NCBI GenBank assembly: GCA_046262075.1
Contig: JBHENL010000060.1
Coordinates: 1-39,834, forward strand
DNA from: Gemmatimonadota bacterium
Lineage (GTDB): Bacteria; Gemmatimonadota; Gemmatimonadetes; JACCXV01
DNA length: 39,834 bases
Direction: 5' to 3'
Below the pieces are notes generated by a model. It searched no databases. It was not told the DNA's origin and was given only the letters and a program-made list of their open reading frames with translations. This document shows positions 1 to 9,063 of the stretch, piece by piece; positions within the stretch are counted from its first letter, which is position 1; each line of letters starts with the position of its first letter. Made by a program: the position numbers and the translations under genes.

Positions 1-59
1 GTGGCGCGCCACGTGCCTCCGCGCGCGCGCGTCCGGCGGCGTGGGACGCCGTGCCGGCG

Positions 60-87
60 TTGACGCTTCCGGAGGCGCGGGTATCTT
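60..87 (+). promoter_or_regulatory. Candidate sigma70-type promoter upstream of dxs (TTGACG-16 nt-TATCTT)
   Basis: TTGACG at 60-65 and TATCTT at 82-87 with a 16-nt spacer, about 70 nt upstream of the dxs ATG. Sequence match only. Confidence 0.25.
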
Positions 88-156
88 CTAGCCGCGCGGC
101 CGCGCTCCCTCCGGCGCCGTCCGCCGATCCCCCGCAACCTCCGGCCCGAGCGCGCC

Positions 157-2091
157 ATGAGCCTGACGCCCCACCTCGACCGCGCGGGAACGCCCGACGA
201 GCTGAAGCGCCTCACCCCCGAGGAGCTGCCGGAGCTCGCACGCGAGCTGCGCGAGGAGATCGTCGGCGTGGTGAGCGCGAACGGCGGCCACTTCGGCTCG
301 CCGCTCGGCGTCGTGGAGCTCACGGTCGCGCTCCACTACCTGCTGGACTCGCCTCGGGACAAGATCGTGTGGGACGTCGGGCACCAGGCGTACGCGCACA
401 AGCTGCTCACCGGCCGACGCGACCGGTTTCACACGTTGCGCATGAGGGGCGGCCTGTCCGGCTTCACGCTCCGAGCCGAGAGCCCCCACGACCCCTTCGG
501 CGCCGCGCACGCCAGCACCTCCATCTCCTCGGCGCTGGGCATGGCCAAGGCCCGTGACCTGCAGGGCGCGGACTATAAGGTCGTCGCGGTCGTGGGCGAC
601 GGCGCGCTCACCGGCGGACTGGCGTTCGAGGGCCTGAACAACGCGGGCTCCCTGAACACCGACCTGCTCGTGATCCTGAACGACAACGAGATGTCGATCG
701 CGCCGAACGTGGGCGCGATCCACCACTACCTGACGGAGATCCTCACCAACCCGCTGTACAACAAGCTGCGGAACGAGATGTGGAAGCTGGCCGGCGGGAT
801 TCCACGCGTCGGCGAGAAGGTGCGCCACCTCGCCGGCAAGGTGGAGGAGAGCGTCAAGAACCTCGTGGTGCCGGGGACGCTCTTCGAGGAGCTGGGCTTC
901 CGCTACATCGGACCGATCGACGGGCACGACCTGACCGAGCTGCTGGACTTCCTGCCGCGGGTGCTCGACATGAAGGGCCCCGTGCTGCTCCACGTCCTCA
1001 CCAAGAAGGGCAAGGGCTACTCGCTGGCCGAGGCCGATCCCTGGGGCTGGCACGGAAAGGGCGCCTTCGACAAGACCACGGGGAAGAGCGAGCCGGAGCC
1101 GGGGCACCCGAAGTACACGAAAGTCTTCGGCGAGGCGCTGGTCACTGTCGGGCGCGAGGTTCCCGAGATGGTGGCGATCACCGCGGCCATGCCCGACGGG
1201 ACGGGAGTGAACATCTTCCAGAAGAGCTTCCCCGAGCGGACCTTCGACGTCGGGATCGCGGAGCAGCACGCCGTCGAGTTCGCCGCCGGCCTCGCTACGC
1301 AGGGCGTGCGCCCGGTCTGCGCGATCTATTCGACGTTCCTGCAGCGCGCATACGACGTCATCGTGCACGACGTCGCGATCCAGAACCTGCCCGTCGTCTT
1401 CGCGATGGACCGCGCCGGTCTGGTGGGGCAGGACGGTCCGACTCACCAGGGGGCGTTCGACCTGGCCTACCTCACGTGCCTGCCGAACTTCATCGTCGCC
1501 GCACCCAAGGACGAGCGCGAGATGCAGGACCTGCTCTACACCGCGGTCAAGCAGACGGAGCACCCCTTCGCCTTCCGCTACCCGCGCGACTCCGTCGAGG
1601 GCGTGCTGCAGGGCCCGCGCGACCACTTCCAGCAGATCCCGATCGGCACCTGGGAGGAGCTGCGTGAGGGGAGCGACGTGGCGCTCCTGGCGCTGGGCAC
1701 GATGGTGCCGATCGCGCTGCGGGTGGCCGAGCGGCTCGTCGAGGACGGCGTCGAGGCCACCGTCCTGAACTGCCGTTTCGTCAAGCCCATGGACGAGGAG
1801 CTGCTGCAGCGCGCCGTCCTGCGCCACGAGCGGCTCGTCACCCTCGAGGAGGCCGCGCTGCCCGGCGGCTTCGGCGAGCGCGTCGCCCGCTGGGTCTTCG
1901 AGCATCCCGAGCTCGCCGCCGGCGTGACGCTCCGCTGCTTCGGCATCCCGGACGTCTTCATCCAGCACGCCTCGCGCAGGGAGCAGCTCGCCGAGGCGGG
2001 GCTCTCGCCCGAGGCGGTGCGCCGGCGGGTGCTCCAGATGGTCGCCCCCGAGGCAGCCGTGCTGGAGCCCGGAGGCCGCGCGGGCCGCTGA
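157..2091 (+). CDS. dxs: 1-deoxy-D-xylulose-5-phosphate synthase
   Basis: 644-aa ORF with the DXS N-terminal signature GGHFGSPLGVVELTVALHY...VWDVGHQAYAHKLLTGR, a GDGALTGG TPP-binding region and transketolase-like central and C-terminal domains. Strong GC3 bias. Confidence 0.95.
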   Translation: MSLTPHLDRAGTPDELKRLTPEELPELARELREEIVGVVSANGGHFGSPLGVVELTVALHYLLDSPRDKIVWDVGHQAYAHKLLTGRRDRFHTLRMRGGLSGFTLRAESPHDPFGAAHASTSISSALGMAKARDLQGADYKVVAVVGDGALTGGLAFEGLNNAGSLNTDLLVILNDNEMSIAPNVGAIHHYLTEILTNPLYNKLRNEMWKLAGGIPRVGEKVRHLAGKVEESVKNLVVPGTLFEELGFRYIGPIDGHDLTELLDFLPRVLDMKGPVLLHVLTKKGKGYSLAEADPWGWHGKGAFDKTTGKSEPEPGHPKYTKVFGEALVTVGREVPEMVAITAAMPDGTGVNIFQKSFPERTFDVGIAEQHAVEFAAGLATQGVRPVCAIYSTFLQRAYDVIVHDVAIQNLPVVFAMDRAGLVGQDGPTHQGAFDLAYLTCLPNFIVAAPKDEREMQDLLYTAVKQTEHPFAFRYPRDSVEGVLQGPRDHFQQIPIGTWEELREGSDVALLALGTMVPIALRVAERLVEDGVEATVLNCRFVKPMDEELLQRAVLRHERLVTLEEAALPGGFGERVARWVFEHPELAAGVTLRCFGIPDVFIQHASRREQLAEAGLSPEAVRRRVLQMVAPEAAVLEPGGRAGR

Positions 2092-2129
2092 GGCGGGGCC
2101 CCGGGCCATGGCCGCGGAGCGCTGATCGG

Positions 2130-3026
2130 GTGGCCGCGTACCGCTCGGTCGGGATCGTCGCGAACCCGCAGCGCTCCGAGGTGCCGGACACGGTGCGGAC
2201 CGCGCTCCGCTGGTTGCGTGAGCGCGGGTTGGAGGCGCTCGGTGCACCCGGCCTCGCGGAGCCGCTGGAGCTCGACCTGCCCTCCTTCGCCTGGGAGGGG
2301 CTGCCGGCTCGGGTCGACCTGCTCCTCACCTTCGGCGGCGACGGCACGATCCTCCACGCCGCCCGCCACCTGGCCGGCCAGCCGGTCCCCATCTTCGGCG
2401 TCAACACCGGCCATCTGGGGTTCCTGACGAGCTCCTCGCGCGCCTCGATGCTCACGAGCTTCGAGCTCCTGTTCGAGGGGCGTGGGACAGCCGAGTCGCA
2501 CATGTCGCTGCGCGCCGCGGTCCGGACGGCCGACGAGGGGCCGCACGATTCTCCCGGCGAGGCGCCGGTGGCGCTCAACGACGTGGTCCTCCACAAGGGC
2601 GCCCTCACTTCGCGCGTGCTCACGCTGCAGCTGGAGGTCGGGGGCGAGGAGGTCGGGACGTACGTGGCCGACGGGCTCATCCTGGCCACGCCCGCCGGCT
2701 CCACGGGCTACACCCTCTCCGCGCAGGGTCCGCTCGTCGTGCCCACCATGGATGCGATCGTGGCCACGCCGATCTGCCCGCACACGCTCGCGATCCGCCC
2801 CGTGGTCCTGCCCGCCAGCTCGGAGATTCGCGTCACGGTCGTCGAGCAGCAGGAGCGCGCGAGCCTGGCGGCCGACGGCCGACCCGTCGCCGAGCTGGAG
2901 ATCGGCGACGTCGTGCGCGTGACGCGCGCCGAGGGCGCGGTGCTCCTCGTGCGCCTGCCGGGACAGAGCTTCTTCCGGCTGCTGCGCTCGAAGCTGCACT
3001 GGGGAGGTCGGGTCTCGCACGGCTGA
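2130..3026 (+). CDS. nadK: NAD(+) kinase
   Basis: 298-aa ORF with the GGDGTILHAAR and ATPAGSTGYTLSAQGP motifs of NAD kinases. The nadK-recN adjacency is a common synteny. Confidence 0.93.
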   Translation: MAAYRSVGIVANPQRSEVPDTVRTALRWLRERGLEALGAPGLAEPLELDLPSFAWEGLPARVDLLLTFGGDGTILHAARHLAGQPVPIFGVNTGHLGFLTSSSRASMLTSFELLFEGRGTAESHMSLRAAVRTADEGPHDSPGEAPVALNDVVLHKGALTSRVLTLQLEVGGEEVGTYVADGLILATPAGSTGYTLSAQGPLVVPTMDAIVATPICPHTLAIRPVVLPASSEIRVTVVEQQERASLAADGRPVAELEIGDVVRVTRAEGAVLLVRLPGQSFFRLLRSKLHWGGRVSHG

Positions 3027-4699
3027 TGCTCGCGCACCTGCGAATCGAGAACCTGGCGCTCGTGGGCAGTCTCGAGCTCGATCTGGGGCCGGGGCTCACC
3101 GTCGTATCGGGCGAGACCGGCGCCGGCAAGTCCGTGCTCGTCGACTCACTGGCGCTCCTCGTCGGCGAGCGCGCCGAGAGCGACGCGATCCGCTCGGGCG
3201 CAGCGTCGGCCGTCGTCGAGGGCCTCTTCCGGCTCGGGGACTCGGCGCTGCGCCGCCGCGTCGCGGCCGTCGTCGGTGAGGAGGTGGAGGAGGATCTCGC
3301 GCTGCGTCGCGAGATCTTCCGGGGCCAGCGCAACCGCTGCTTTCTCGGCGGCAGGCTCTCCTCCGCCGCACTCCTGCGCGACGTGGGCGACCTGCTGCTC
3401 GAGCTGCACGGCCAGCACGAGCACCAGCGGCTGCTGCGTCACGCCGCGCAGCGCGAGCTCCTCGATGCCTTCGGCGGGCTCGACGCCACTCGCGCGGCCC
3501 TGGCCGAGGAGGTTCGCGGCTGGCGCGCGGATGCTCGGCGTCTGGAGGAGATCCAGGCGCGCGATCGGGCCCGCGCCGAGCGCCTGCGGGCGCTGAGCGA
3601 CGAGGTGGCGGAGATCTCGGCTGCGGGGATCGACCTGGAGCGGGAGCCCGCGCACCGGGCCGAGGCGGACCGGCTGCGGAATCTGGAGGATCGACGCGAG
3701 CGGGCCGAGCGGCTGCTGGGCGCCCTCTCCGAGGGCGAGCCCTCCGCGATGGAGCTCCTGCGCGGCGCGCGGGGCGAGCTGGCGGCGCTCGCCCGCGACG
3801 AGCCGCGCTTCGCCGAGGCCCACGAGCGCCTGCTCGCCGCCCTCGAGGAGCTGGCCGATCTGGCGCGCGACGTGGACCGGTATCGCGAGGGGCTGGTGGG
3901 CGACCCGGGCCGGCTGGCGGAGCTCGAGCAGCGTGAGGCCGACCTCCTGCGGCTGGCGCGCCGCTTCCGAACGGACACGGAGGGGCTCCTGGCCCGCGAG
4001 GCCGCCGGCCTCGAGGAGCTGGCCGCGCTGCGGGCCGAGGCCGCCGAGGCGGGATCGCTCGGGGCGCTTGTCGCGCGCCGCGAGCGCGCGGCGCTGGCCC
4101 TGGCGCGAAGGCTCTCGGAGGGGCGTGCGCGGGCGGCGGGCGAGCTGACGAGGGCGGTCCGCGACAACCTGCGCGACCTGGGCGTCGGCGCGGGGCTGTT
4201 CCAGGTGCGCCTGGAGCCGCTACCGGGGCTTGAGCCGGGAGGCCTCGAGCGGGTCGACTTCGCCATCGCTCCGAATGCCGGCGAGCCGCCGGGCCCGTTG
4301 CGCGGGATCGCCTCCGGCGGCGAGCTGTCCCGCGTGGTGCTGGCGGTGAAGGCCGCGCTGGCGCGCGCGGACCGGGTTCCGACGCTGGTCTTCGACGAGG
4401 TGGACGCCGGCATCGGCGGGCGCGTGGGACGGCGAGTGGGCGAGAAGCTGGCGGAGATCGCGCGCGGCAGGCAGGTGGTAGTGGTGACGCACCTGGCTTC
4501 CGTGGCGGCCCCGGCCGACCTGCACCTGCGGGTCGAGAAGCGGCTGCGGCAGAAGCGCACCCACATCGAGGTGGCCGCCGTGGACGGCGAAGCGCGCGTC
4601 GAGGAGCTGAGCCGGATGCTGGGCGGCGATCCCGAGAGCGAGACGTCGCGGAGCCATGCGCGCGAGCTGCTGCACGCCGCCGCGCTGGATCGTTCGTGA
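3026..4699 (+). CDS. recN: DNA repair protein RecN
   Basis: 557 aa. N-terminus MLAHLRIENLALV...GETGAGKS (Walker A), a long Ala/Arg/Glu coiled coil, then C-terminal GGELSRVVLA signature and LVFDEVDAGIGG Walker B. The ATG overlaps the nadK stop (TGATG). Confidence 0.95.
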   Translation: MLAHLRIENLALVGSLELDLGPGLTVVSGETGAGKSVLVDSLALLVGERAESDAIRSGAASAVVEGLFRLGDSALRRRVAAVVGEEVEEDLALRREIFRGQRNRCFLGGRLSSAALLRDVGDLLLELHGQHEHQRLLRHAAQRELLDAFGGLDATRAALAEEVRGWRADARRLEEIQARDRARAERLRALSDEVAEISAAGIDLEREPAHRAEADRLRNLEDRRERAERLLGALSEGEPSAMELLRGARGELAALARDEPRFAEAHERLLAALEELADLARDVDRYREGLVGDPGRLAELEQREADLLRLARRFRTDTEGLLAREAAGLEELAALRAEAAEAGSLGALVARRERAALALARRLSEGRARAAGELTRAVRDNLRDLGVGAGLFQVRLEPLPGLEPGGLERVDFAIAPNAGEPPGPLRGIASGGELSRVVLAVKAALARADRVPTLVFDEVDAGIGGRVGRRVGEKLAEIARGRQVVVVTHLASVAAPADLHLRVEKRLRQKRTHIEVAAVDGEARVEELSRMLGGDPESETSRSHARELLHAAALDRS

Positions 4700-4700
4700 G

Positions 4701-5294
4701 GTGGAGCCGCGCCCCTTCACGCTGCGCGAGCGCCGGGTCGTCACCCCGCCCAACCTGCTCTCGCTGCTGCGTGTCGCCATGCTCCCCCCCTCGCTGCTGG
4801 CGCTCCACCGCCAGGACGAATGGGGCCTGGCGCCGGTCGTGCTCACGCTCGGCATAGGATTGGGGACGGACGCGCTCGATGGATTGCTGGCGCGCTGGCA
4901 GGACTGGATCAGCGACCTCGGCCGCGTGCTGGATCCGGTTGCGGACAAGCTGTTCCTGGGCGGCGTCGTCCTCTACCTCGCCCTGGAGCGCGACTTCCCG
5001 GCGTGGCTGGTGGCACTCGTGGTGGCCCGCGACCTGACGTTGGTCGCGGGCTCCGCCCTGCTCCTGCGCCGCTACCGCGTGGCTTTCGCGGCCAACGCGT
5101 GGGGCAAGGCGAGCACGGTCCTGCTGAGCCTGCTGGTCGTCGCCCACGTCGTGCGGGCGGGCTGGTGGATCCCGTGGCTGACCGCCGGCGCGCTCGTCAC
5201 GGTCGTCGTCTCGACGGCCCTCTACGCACGAGACGGATGGCGGTACGTCAGCCGGGAGCGGGCGGCGATAGCGGGAAGAAGGGAGACGGCGTAG
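4701..5294 (+). CDS. CDP-alcohol phosphatidyltransferase family protein (PgsA-like)
   Basis: Motif DALDGLLAR-x8-GRVLDPVADK matches D-x2-DG-x2-AR-x8-G-x3-D-x3-D, and the protein has several hydrophobic helices. The track ORF starts at 4656 inside recN. GTG 4701, just after the recN stop, is the more plausible start. Confidence 0.8.
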   Translation: MEPRPFTLRERRVVTPPNLLSLLRVAMLPPSLLALHRQDEWGLAPVVLTLGIGLGTDALDGLLARWQDWISDLGRVLDPVADKLFLGGVVLYLALERDFPAWLVALVVARDLTLVAGSALLLRRYRVAFAANAWGKASTVLLSLLVVAHVVRAGWWIPWLTAGALVTVVVSTALYARDGWRYVSRERAAIAGRRETA

Positions 5295-5390
5295 GATCCG
5301 CGAGACCGAGGCGACCGCGCGGGGGATCGGCGGCTGCGTCGTGGTGACGCGCGGGCTCGACCACTATCTATGGAGGAAGCGAAGCTCCCG

Positions 5391-5474
5391 GCCCGGGTGG
5401 CGGAATCGGCAGACGCGCATCACTTAAAATGATGTACCCTGACGGGTGTGTGGGTTCGAGTCCCACCCCGGGCA
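5391..5474 (+). tRNA. tRNA-Leu (anticodon TAA), type II with long variable arm
   Basis: Acceptor GCCCGGG/CCCGGGC plus discriminator A. Anticodon stem CATCA/TGATG with loop CTTAAAA. Variable-arm hairpin ACCC-TGAC-GGGT. T arm GTGGG-TTCGAGT-CCCAC. CCA is not encoded. Confidence 0.9.
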
Positions 5475-5687
5475 CTTCTCTTCTCTCTCGTGGCCCAGGG
5501 TCTCGCAACCCGAGGCGCCTCCCCTGACGGCCGCTGGGCTTCGGACCTCGCTGACGCCCCGGGTCAGGGGGGGAGGATAGGAGTCAGCGGGTTCGCCGCA
5601 GGCCGCCGGCAGGAGAAGCGGCCCCAAGATGCGATCGTTCGCGCGCCGGGCCCATCGGTCGATGGGCGGAGATCCCGACGGGTGACG

Positions 5688-6242
5688 TCAGGCGGGTTGC
5701 GCCAGCTCCAGGCCCGGAGCCCCGCCTCTCGGCCAGGCGGCGTTCAGCCGCTCGACGCGCTCGCGCAACGGCTGACCCAGAGTGCGGACGAGCAGCATCT
5801 GCGCCGCCCAGCGGTCCTCCTCGTCGAGCGCGAGCAGCTCTACGGCGTGCCGCGAGAAGCGCTCGAGCGCGTAGCGGTAGTCCAGCTCGCCGTAGCGCTC
5901 GCGCTCCTTCTCGAGCGCAGCGGTCCAGGCGGAGGCGCTCTGGCGGCCGGCGAGGCGGGCGGCGGCCGCCGTCGAGAGCGCGGTCGCGGTGGAGCGGCCG
6001 AGCGTGGGCGCCAACCACAGCGCGAGGCCCAGCAGGGCGCGGCCGAACTCCTCGCGCGCCGTCACCGCGCCGAAGGGGTCCAGCCGGTGGAAGTGCCGAG
6101 CGACGCGCGGCTCGCGAGCGGCGCCCCGTAGCGTCTCGAACGCGTCGTGGGTGGCGAATCGCACCAGCTCCTCGACGCCGGATGGGGCGCGGTCGTGGCG
6201 CGGGGAGGCGGCTTCCGGGTCCAGCTCGGCCGTGCAGCTCAT
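5688..6242 (-). CDS. Hypothetical protein (184 aa, predicted all-alpha, no recognised domain)
   Basis: Minus-strand ORF with strong GC3 codon bias (gag cgc tac ggc gag ctg gac tac ...) and balanced composition, unlike the Arg-rich overlapping ORFs 5584..6459 and 5448..6131. I recognise no family. Confidence 0.6.
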   Translation of the reverse strand: MSCTAELDPEAASPRHDRAPSGVEELVRFATHDAFETLRGAAREPRVARHFHRLDPFGAVTAREEFGRALLGLALWLAPTLGRSTATALSTAAAARLAGRQSASAWTAALEKERERYGELDYRYALERFSRHAVELLALDEEDRWAAQMLLVRTLGQPLRERVERLNAAWPRGGAPGLELAQPA

Positions 6243-6531
6243 GCGTCGTGAGGCTCGCTCGAGGGGTTGATCGCCGCGATTGCGTCTGGCTCGGAGCCGC
6301 GCGGCTCGCGGGGTATCTACGCAGGAAGCCGGCCTTCGGTTTCCTCCGCGTGGCGCGCCATAACAAGGTCCGCGCCCCTCCGGTAGACGCGGCCCGGCCC
6401 GCGGTCATTCCCCGCGCTCTGCGGCGCGCTTCCTCCTCGGAGCGACGTCTGCGTCGCACAACCGGTGGCCGGAACCCGGCGATCCCGCGTGAGATCCGGC
6501 CGGGCTCCGGCGCTGCTGGAGGAGCGTGGGC

Positions 6532-6606
6532 TGGAGGCGGCGGGCGGAATCGAACCGCCGAATGGAGGTTTTGCAGACCTCTGCCTTACCGCTTGGCTAC
6601 GCCGCC
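6532..6606 (-). tRNA. tRNA-Cys (anticodon GCA), CCA encoded
   Basis: The reverse complement reads GGCGGCGTAGCCAAGCGGTAAGGCAGAGGTCTGCAAAACCTCCATTCGGCGGTTCGATTCCGCCCGCCGCCTCCA. Acceptor GGCGGCG/CGCCGCC, T arm GGCGG-TTCGATT-CCGCC, anticodon loop carrying GCA. Confidence 0.9.
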
Positions 6607-6720
6607 CCGGGCTGGCGAGCGGCGCTCCGCGACGGCCCCGAAAGGGCCGCGGCGGCCGCGCCGCGAGGACCAGCGGACGAGCCCTTCCGAAGGTATCGAA
6701 AGGGCTCGCCATTCCGAAGC

Positions 6721-6797
6721 TGGAGCGGGAAACGGGATTCGAACCCGCGACCCCAACCTTGGCAAGGTTGTGCTCTAGCCAGCTGAGCTATTCCCGC
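6721..6797 (-). tRNA. tRNA-Gly (anticodon GCC), CCA encoded
   Basis: The reverse complement reads GCGGGAATAGCTCAGCTGGCTAGAGCACAACCTTGCCAAGGTTGGGGTCGCGGGTTCGAATCCCGTTTCCCGCTCCA. It folds as a canonical 77-nt cloverleaf with anticodon loop TTGCCAA. Confidence 0.9.
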
Positions 6798-6834
6798 GCG
6801 TCGCTGCGAAAAGTACGAGCGCCCGACCGGGCTG

Positions 6835-7971
6835 TCAATTCGCCCGCCGCAGCGCCCGCGGGGGCTCCTCCCGGTACTCGACGACGGGAAGCGATACGAT
6901 CCGGTTCTTCCCCTTCCGCTTCGCCTCGTACATGGACTGGTCGACGCGCTGCATCAGCTGCTTGTAGTCGCGCGCGTCGCGTGCGGGATCGTAGGCCGTC
7001 ACGCCCACGCTGCACGTGAGGTCGGCGAGGATGTTGCGCCCGTCGATGATGTGCTCGAGGTCGCCCTCGATGGCGCTGCGGATGCATTCGGCCACGGCCA
7101 GCCCGCCCTCGAGCGCCACGCCCGGGAGGGCGATCTCGAACTCGTCGCCACCGAAGCGCGCCGCCATCCCCGGAGGCTCCACGGCCTCGCGCACGATCTG
7201 TCCGATCATGATCAGGACCTCGGCCCCGACCAGGTGCCCGTAGGTGTCGTTCACCTCCTTGAAGTTGTCGAGGTCGAGGAAGATCAGGCTGAACGGCTGC
7301 TCCTGCCGCACGAGCTGCTGCAGCTCAAGCGTGAAGTACCAGTCGTTGTAGAGATGGGTCAGGTAGTCGCGCTTCGAGATCTCCTCGAGCGTCTTGGCGT
7401 CGAGCGCGGTCTGGATGTTGATCGCGATGTAGTCGGCGAGGATCTCGATGAGCTCCCGGTCGTGCTGGCTGTAGTTCGTCGAGCGCTGCCGGTTCACGAG
7501 CTGGATCGCCCCGATGGCCGTCGCCTTGATCGTGAGCGGCGTCGAGAGCACGGCGAGCGGGGCAGGGCCCAGCGAAGCGTCCAGGCTCTCGTCGAAGAAG
7601 GGTCCGGGCGGCGGCTCCTCGAGGACGAGCGTGCGCCCGCTCAGGTAGCTGCGGCCGGCCAGCCCGCCCGCAGCGGCGAAGTGGCGTCCGACGGCCTCGC
7701 GCGCATCCGGTCCGAAGCAAGCCGCTACGACCAGCCGCGTCGCGGAGAGGTCGACCGTGCGGCTGCGCGGGTCGTACGTCTTCGTCTCGGGGTCGTCGAG
7801 GAGGATCGCCCCCCACTCGGAAGGGATGAACTCGTTGGCCTTGCGCAGGGCCTCCCGGAAGACGCGCACGAGGTCCACGGTGCGGAACTTCTGGTCGCCC
7901 TTGCGCTGCAGGAGCCGGGCGTAGTCCTCTGGCGGCGCAGCGTGGATCCGGGAGCGCTTCCTGTCCGGCAT
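6835..7971 (-). CDS. GAF domain-containing diguanylate cyclase (GGDEF)
   Basis: 378 aa. C-terminal FLDLDNFKEVNDTYGHLVGAEVL...AARFGGDEFEIALPG...SVGVTAY...MYEAKRKGKNR is a canonical GGDEF domain. The N-terminal ~190 aa is GAF-like. No RxxD I-site at the usual position upstream of GGDEF (EPPG instead). Confidence 0.9.
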   Translation of the reverse strand: MPDRKRSRIHAAPPEDYARLLQRKGDQKFRTVDLVRVFREALRKANEFIPSEWGAILLDDPETKTYDPRSRTVDLSATRLVVAACFGPDAREAVGRHFAAAGGLAGRSYLSGRTLVLEEPPPGPFFDESLDASLGPAPLAVLSTPLTIKATAIGAIQLVNRQRSTNYSQHDRELIEILADYIAINIQTALDAKTLEEISKRDYLTHLYNDWYFTLELQQLVRQEQPFSLIFLDLDNFKEVNDTYGHLVGAEVLIMIGQIVREAVEPPGMAARFGGDEFEIALPGVALEGGLAVAECIRSAIEGDLEHIIDGRNILADLTCSVGVTAYDPARDARDYKQLMQRVDQSMYEAKRKGKNRIVSLPVVEYREEPPRALRRAN

Positions 7972-8147
7972 GGGGGGTCCCGCGAGCGAGGTTGGCGGCG
8001 GTGGTGACGAGGGGCTCGAACGTACGCCGGGGCGAAGCGCTGTACAAGCTTGACGCGGTGTGCTTTAGGCCTCTTGCCAGGCTCCCTGTGGTGGCCCGGG
8101 AGTAATGGTACGTATGAGCACGTATCAGCAACTATGTACAGGGAGAA

Positions 8148-8936
8148 TTGGCTCTCCGCGCGGAACCAGGTGCCTCTCCCCGGGTATCCCGGACCATCCT
8201 CGCGGGCCCTTCTGCCGCCCGCCTCTCCTCCGACGACAAGGCGACGGTGCGTCAGACCCTCCCCATCGGCGTTCTCTGCTGCGCGCTCTGGCTGGCCCTG
8301 GCGTCGCGCTCCTTCGATTCCACGGCTTCCCCCTCTGCCGCGCGCGCGGGCCCGGCCGCGGAATCGATAGGCTCCCACTCTGGCATGCTCGAGGCGCGAG
8401 CGGGTCTCTTCTCGCGCCTGGCACACGGGAGCTCCCGTGCCTCTCCCGGGGCGACCTGGCGCGAGGCTCGGCTCCAGGGTCCTGGCGAGCTGCACGACCG
8501 GCGCATCTCGGCGTTCGCTCGGCGCTACGGCATCGGATCCGGTCTCTCGCGCCAGATCTACGAAGCCGCCTGCGCCGAGCAGGTGCACCCCGCCCTGGCG
8601 TTCGGGCTGGTCAAGACCGAGAGCGGCTTCGACGCCGGGGCCGTCGGCCCCACCGGCAGCATCGGCCTCACCCAGCTCCAGCCCGACACGGCGCGGGAGC
8701 TGTCGCCGTCGGTCTCGGTGGGCGACCTCTACAGGCCCCGGGTCAACCTGGCGCTCGGGTTCCGCTATCTGCGCCGCCAGCTGGACCGTTTCGACGACGT
8801 GACTCTGGCGCTCGCCGCGTACAACGGCGGTCCCTCTCGTGTCGAGACCCTGCTCGCCAGCGGCCGGCACCCGCGCGGTGCCTACGCGCGCAAGGTGCTG
8901 CACAACGTTGAACCCGCCTCTCGCGCCGCGCTATAA
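8148..8936 (+). CDS. Lytic transglycosylase (SLT domain), secreted
   Basis: SLT catalytic region AFGLVKTESGFDAGAVGPTGSIGLTQLQP...LALAAYNGGPSRV. The track start is TTG 8148. In-frame GTG 8247 would give a cleaner signal peptide (VRQTLPIGVLCCALWLALA/SRS), so the start is uncertain. Confidence 0.85.
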   Translation: MALRAEPGASPRVSRTILAGPSAARLSSDDKATVRQTLPIGVLCCALWLALASRSFDSTASPSAARAGPAAESIGSHSGMLEARAGLFSRLAHGSSRASPGATWREARLQGPGELHDRRISAFARRYGIGSGLSRQIYEAACAEQVHPALAFGLVKTESGFDAGAVGPTGSIGLTQLQPDTARELSPSVSVGDLYRPRVNLALGFRYLRRQLDRFDDVTLALAAYNGGPSRVETLLASGRHPRGAYARKVLHNVEPASRAAL

Positions 8937-9063
8937 TCCCCCTGCCCGATCCAGCTCCCTGAGCGTCCGAGCGGACCCGCAGCGGTCCGTCGTCGGATCA
9001 GAGCCGCACTCGGAAGATTTGCCAGGGCGCGACTCCGAGCTCCGGGCGCGCCCCACGAGGCTG

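Noticed and set aside
88-2247. Very long antisense or alternate-frame ORFs in the track (for example 88..2247-, 3096..5147-, 12704..15139-, 16567..18826-, 18853..21234-, 33706..35421-, 37497..39032-)
   Set aside because: Their translations are dominated by Arg/Ala/Pro/Gly and lack any recognisable motif. They lie opposite or out of frame to genes with strong family signatures and the expected GC3 bias. This is the classic high-GC stop-codon depletion artefact.
6607-6720. Hairpins in the tRNA-Gly/tRNA-Cys spacer (GGCCC-GAAA-GGGCC; GAGCCCTT...AAGGGCTC) as a possible small RNA
   Set aside because: They lie within a 114-nt inter-tRNA spacer of a probable co-transcript. They are most simply processing or structural spacer elements, and nothing points to an independent gene.
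5391-6797. Genomic island integrated at the tRNA cluster
   Set aside because: The interval holds only about 1.3 kb with a single small gene. It has no integrase/recombinase, no duplicated tRNA 3' segment and no compositional shift that I can see.
8050-8246. Possible c-di-AMP (ydaO-type) riboswitch upstream of the lytic transglycosylase, since that class often precedes cell-wall hydrolases
   Set aside because: I could not find the conserved ydaO elements as I recall them (GGGGA-CCA, ACGGGG, ...GCUAACC.CGUAAGC) or a pseudo-two-fold architecture. An Infernal scan would be needed to be definitive.
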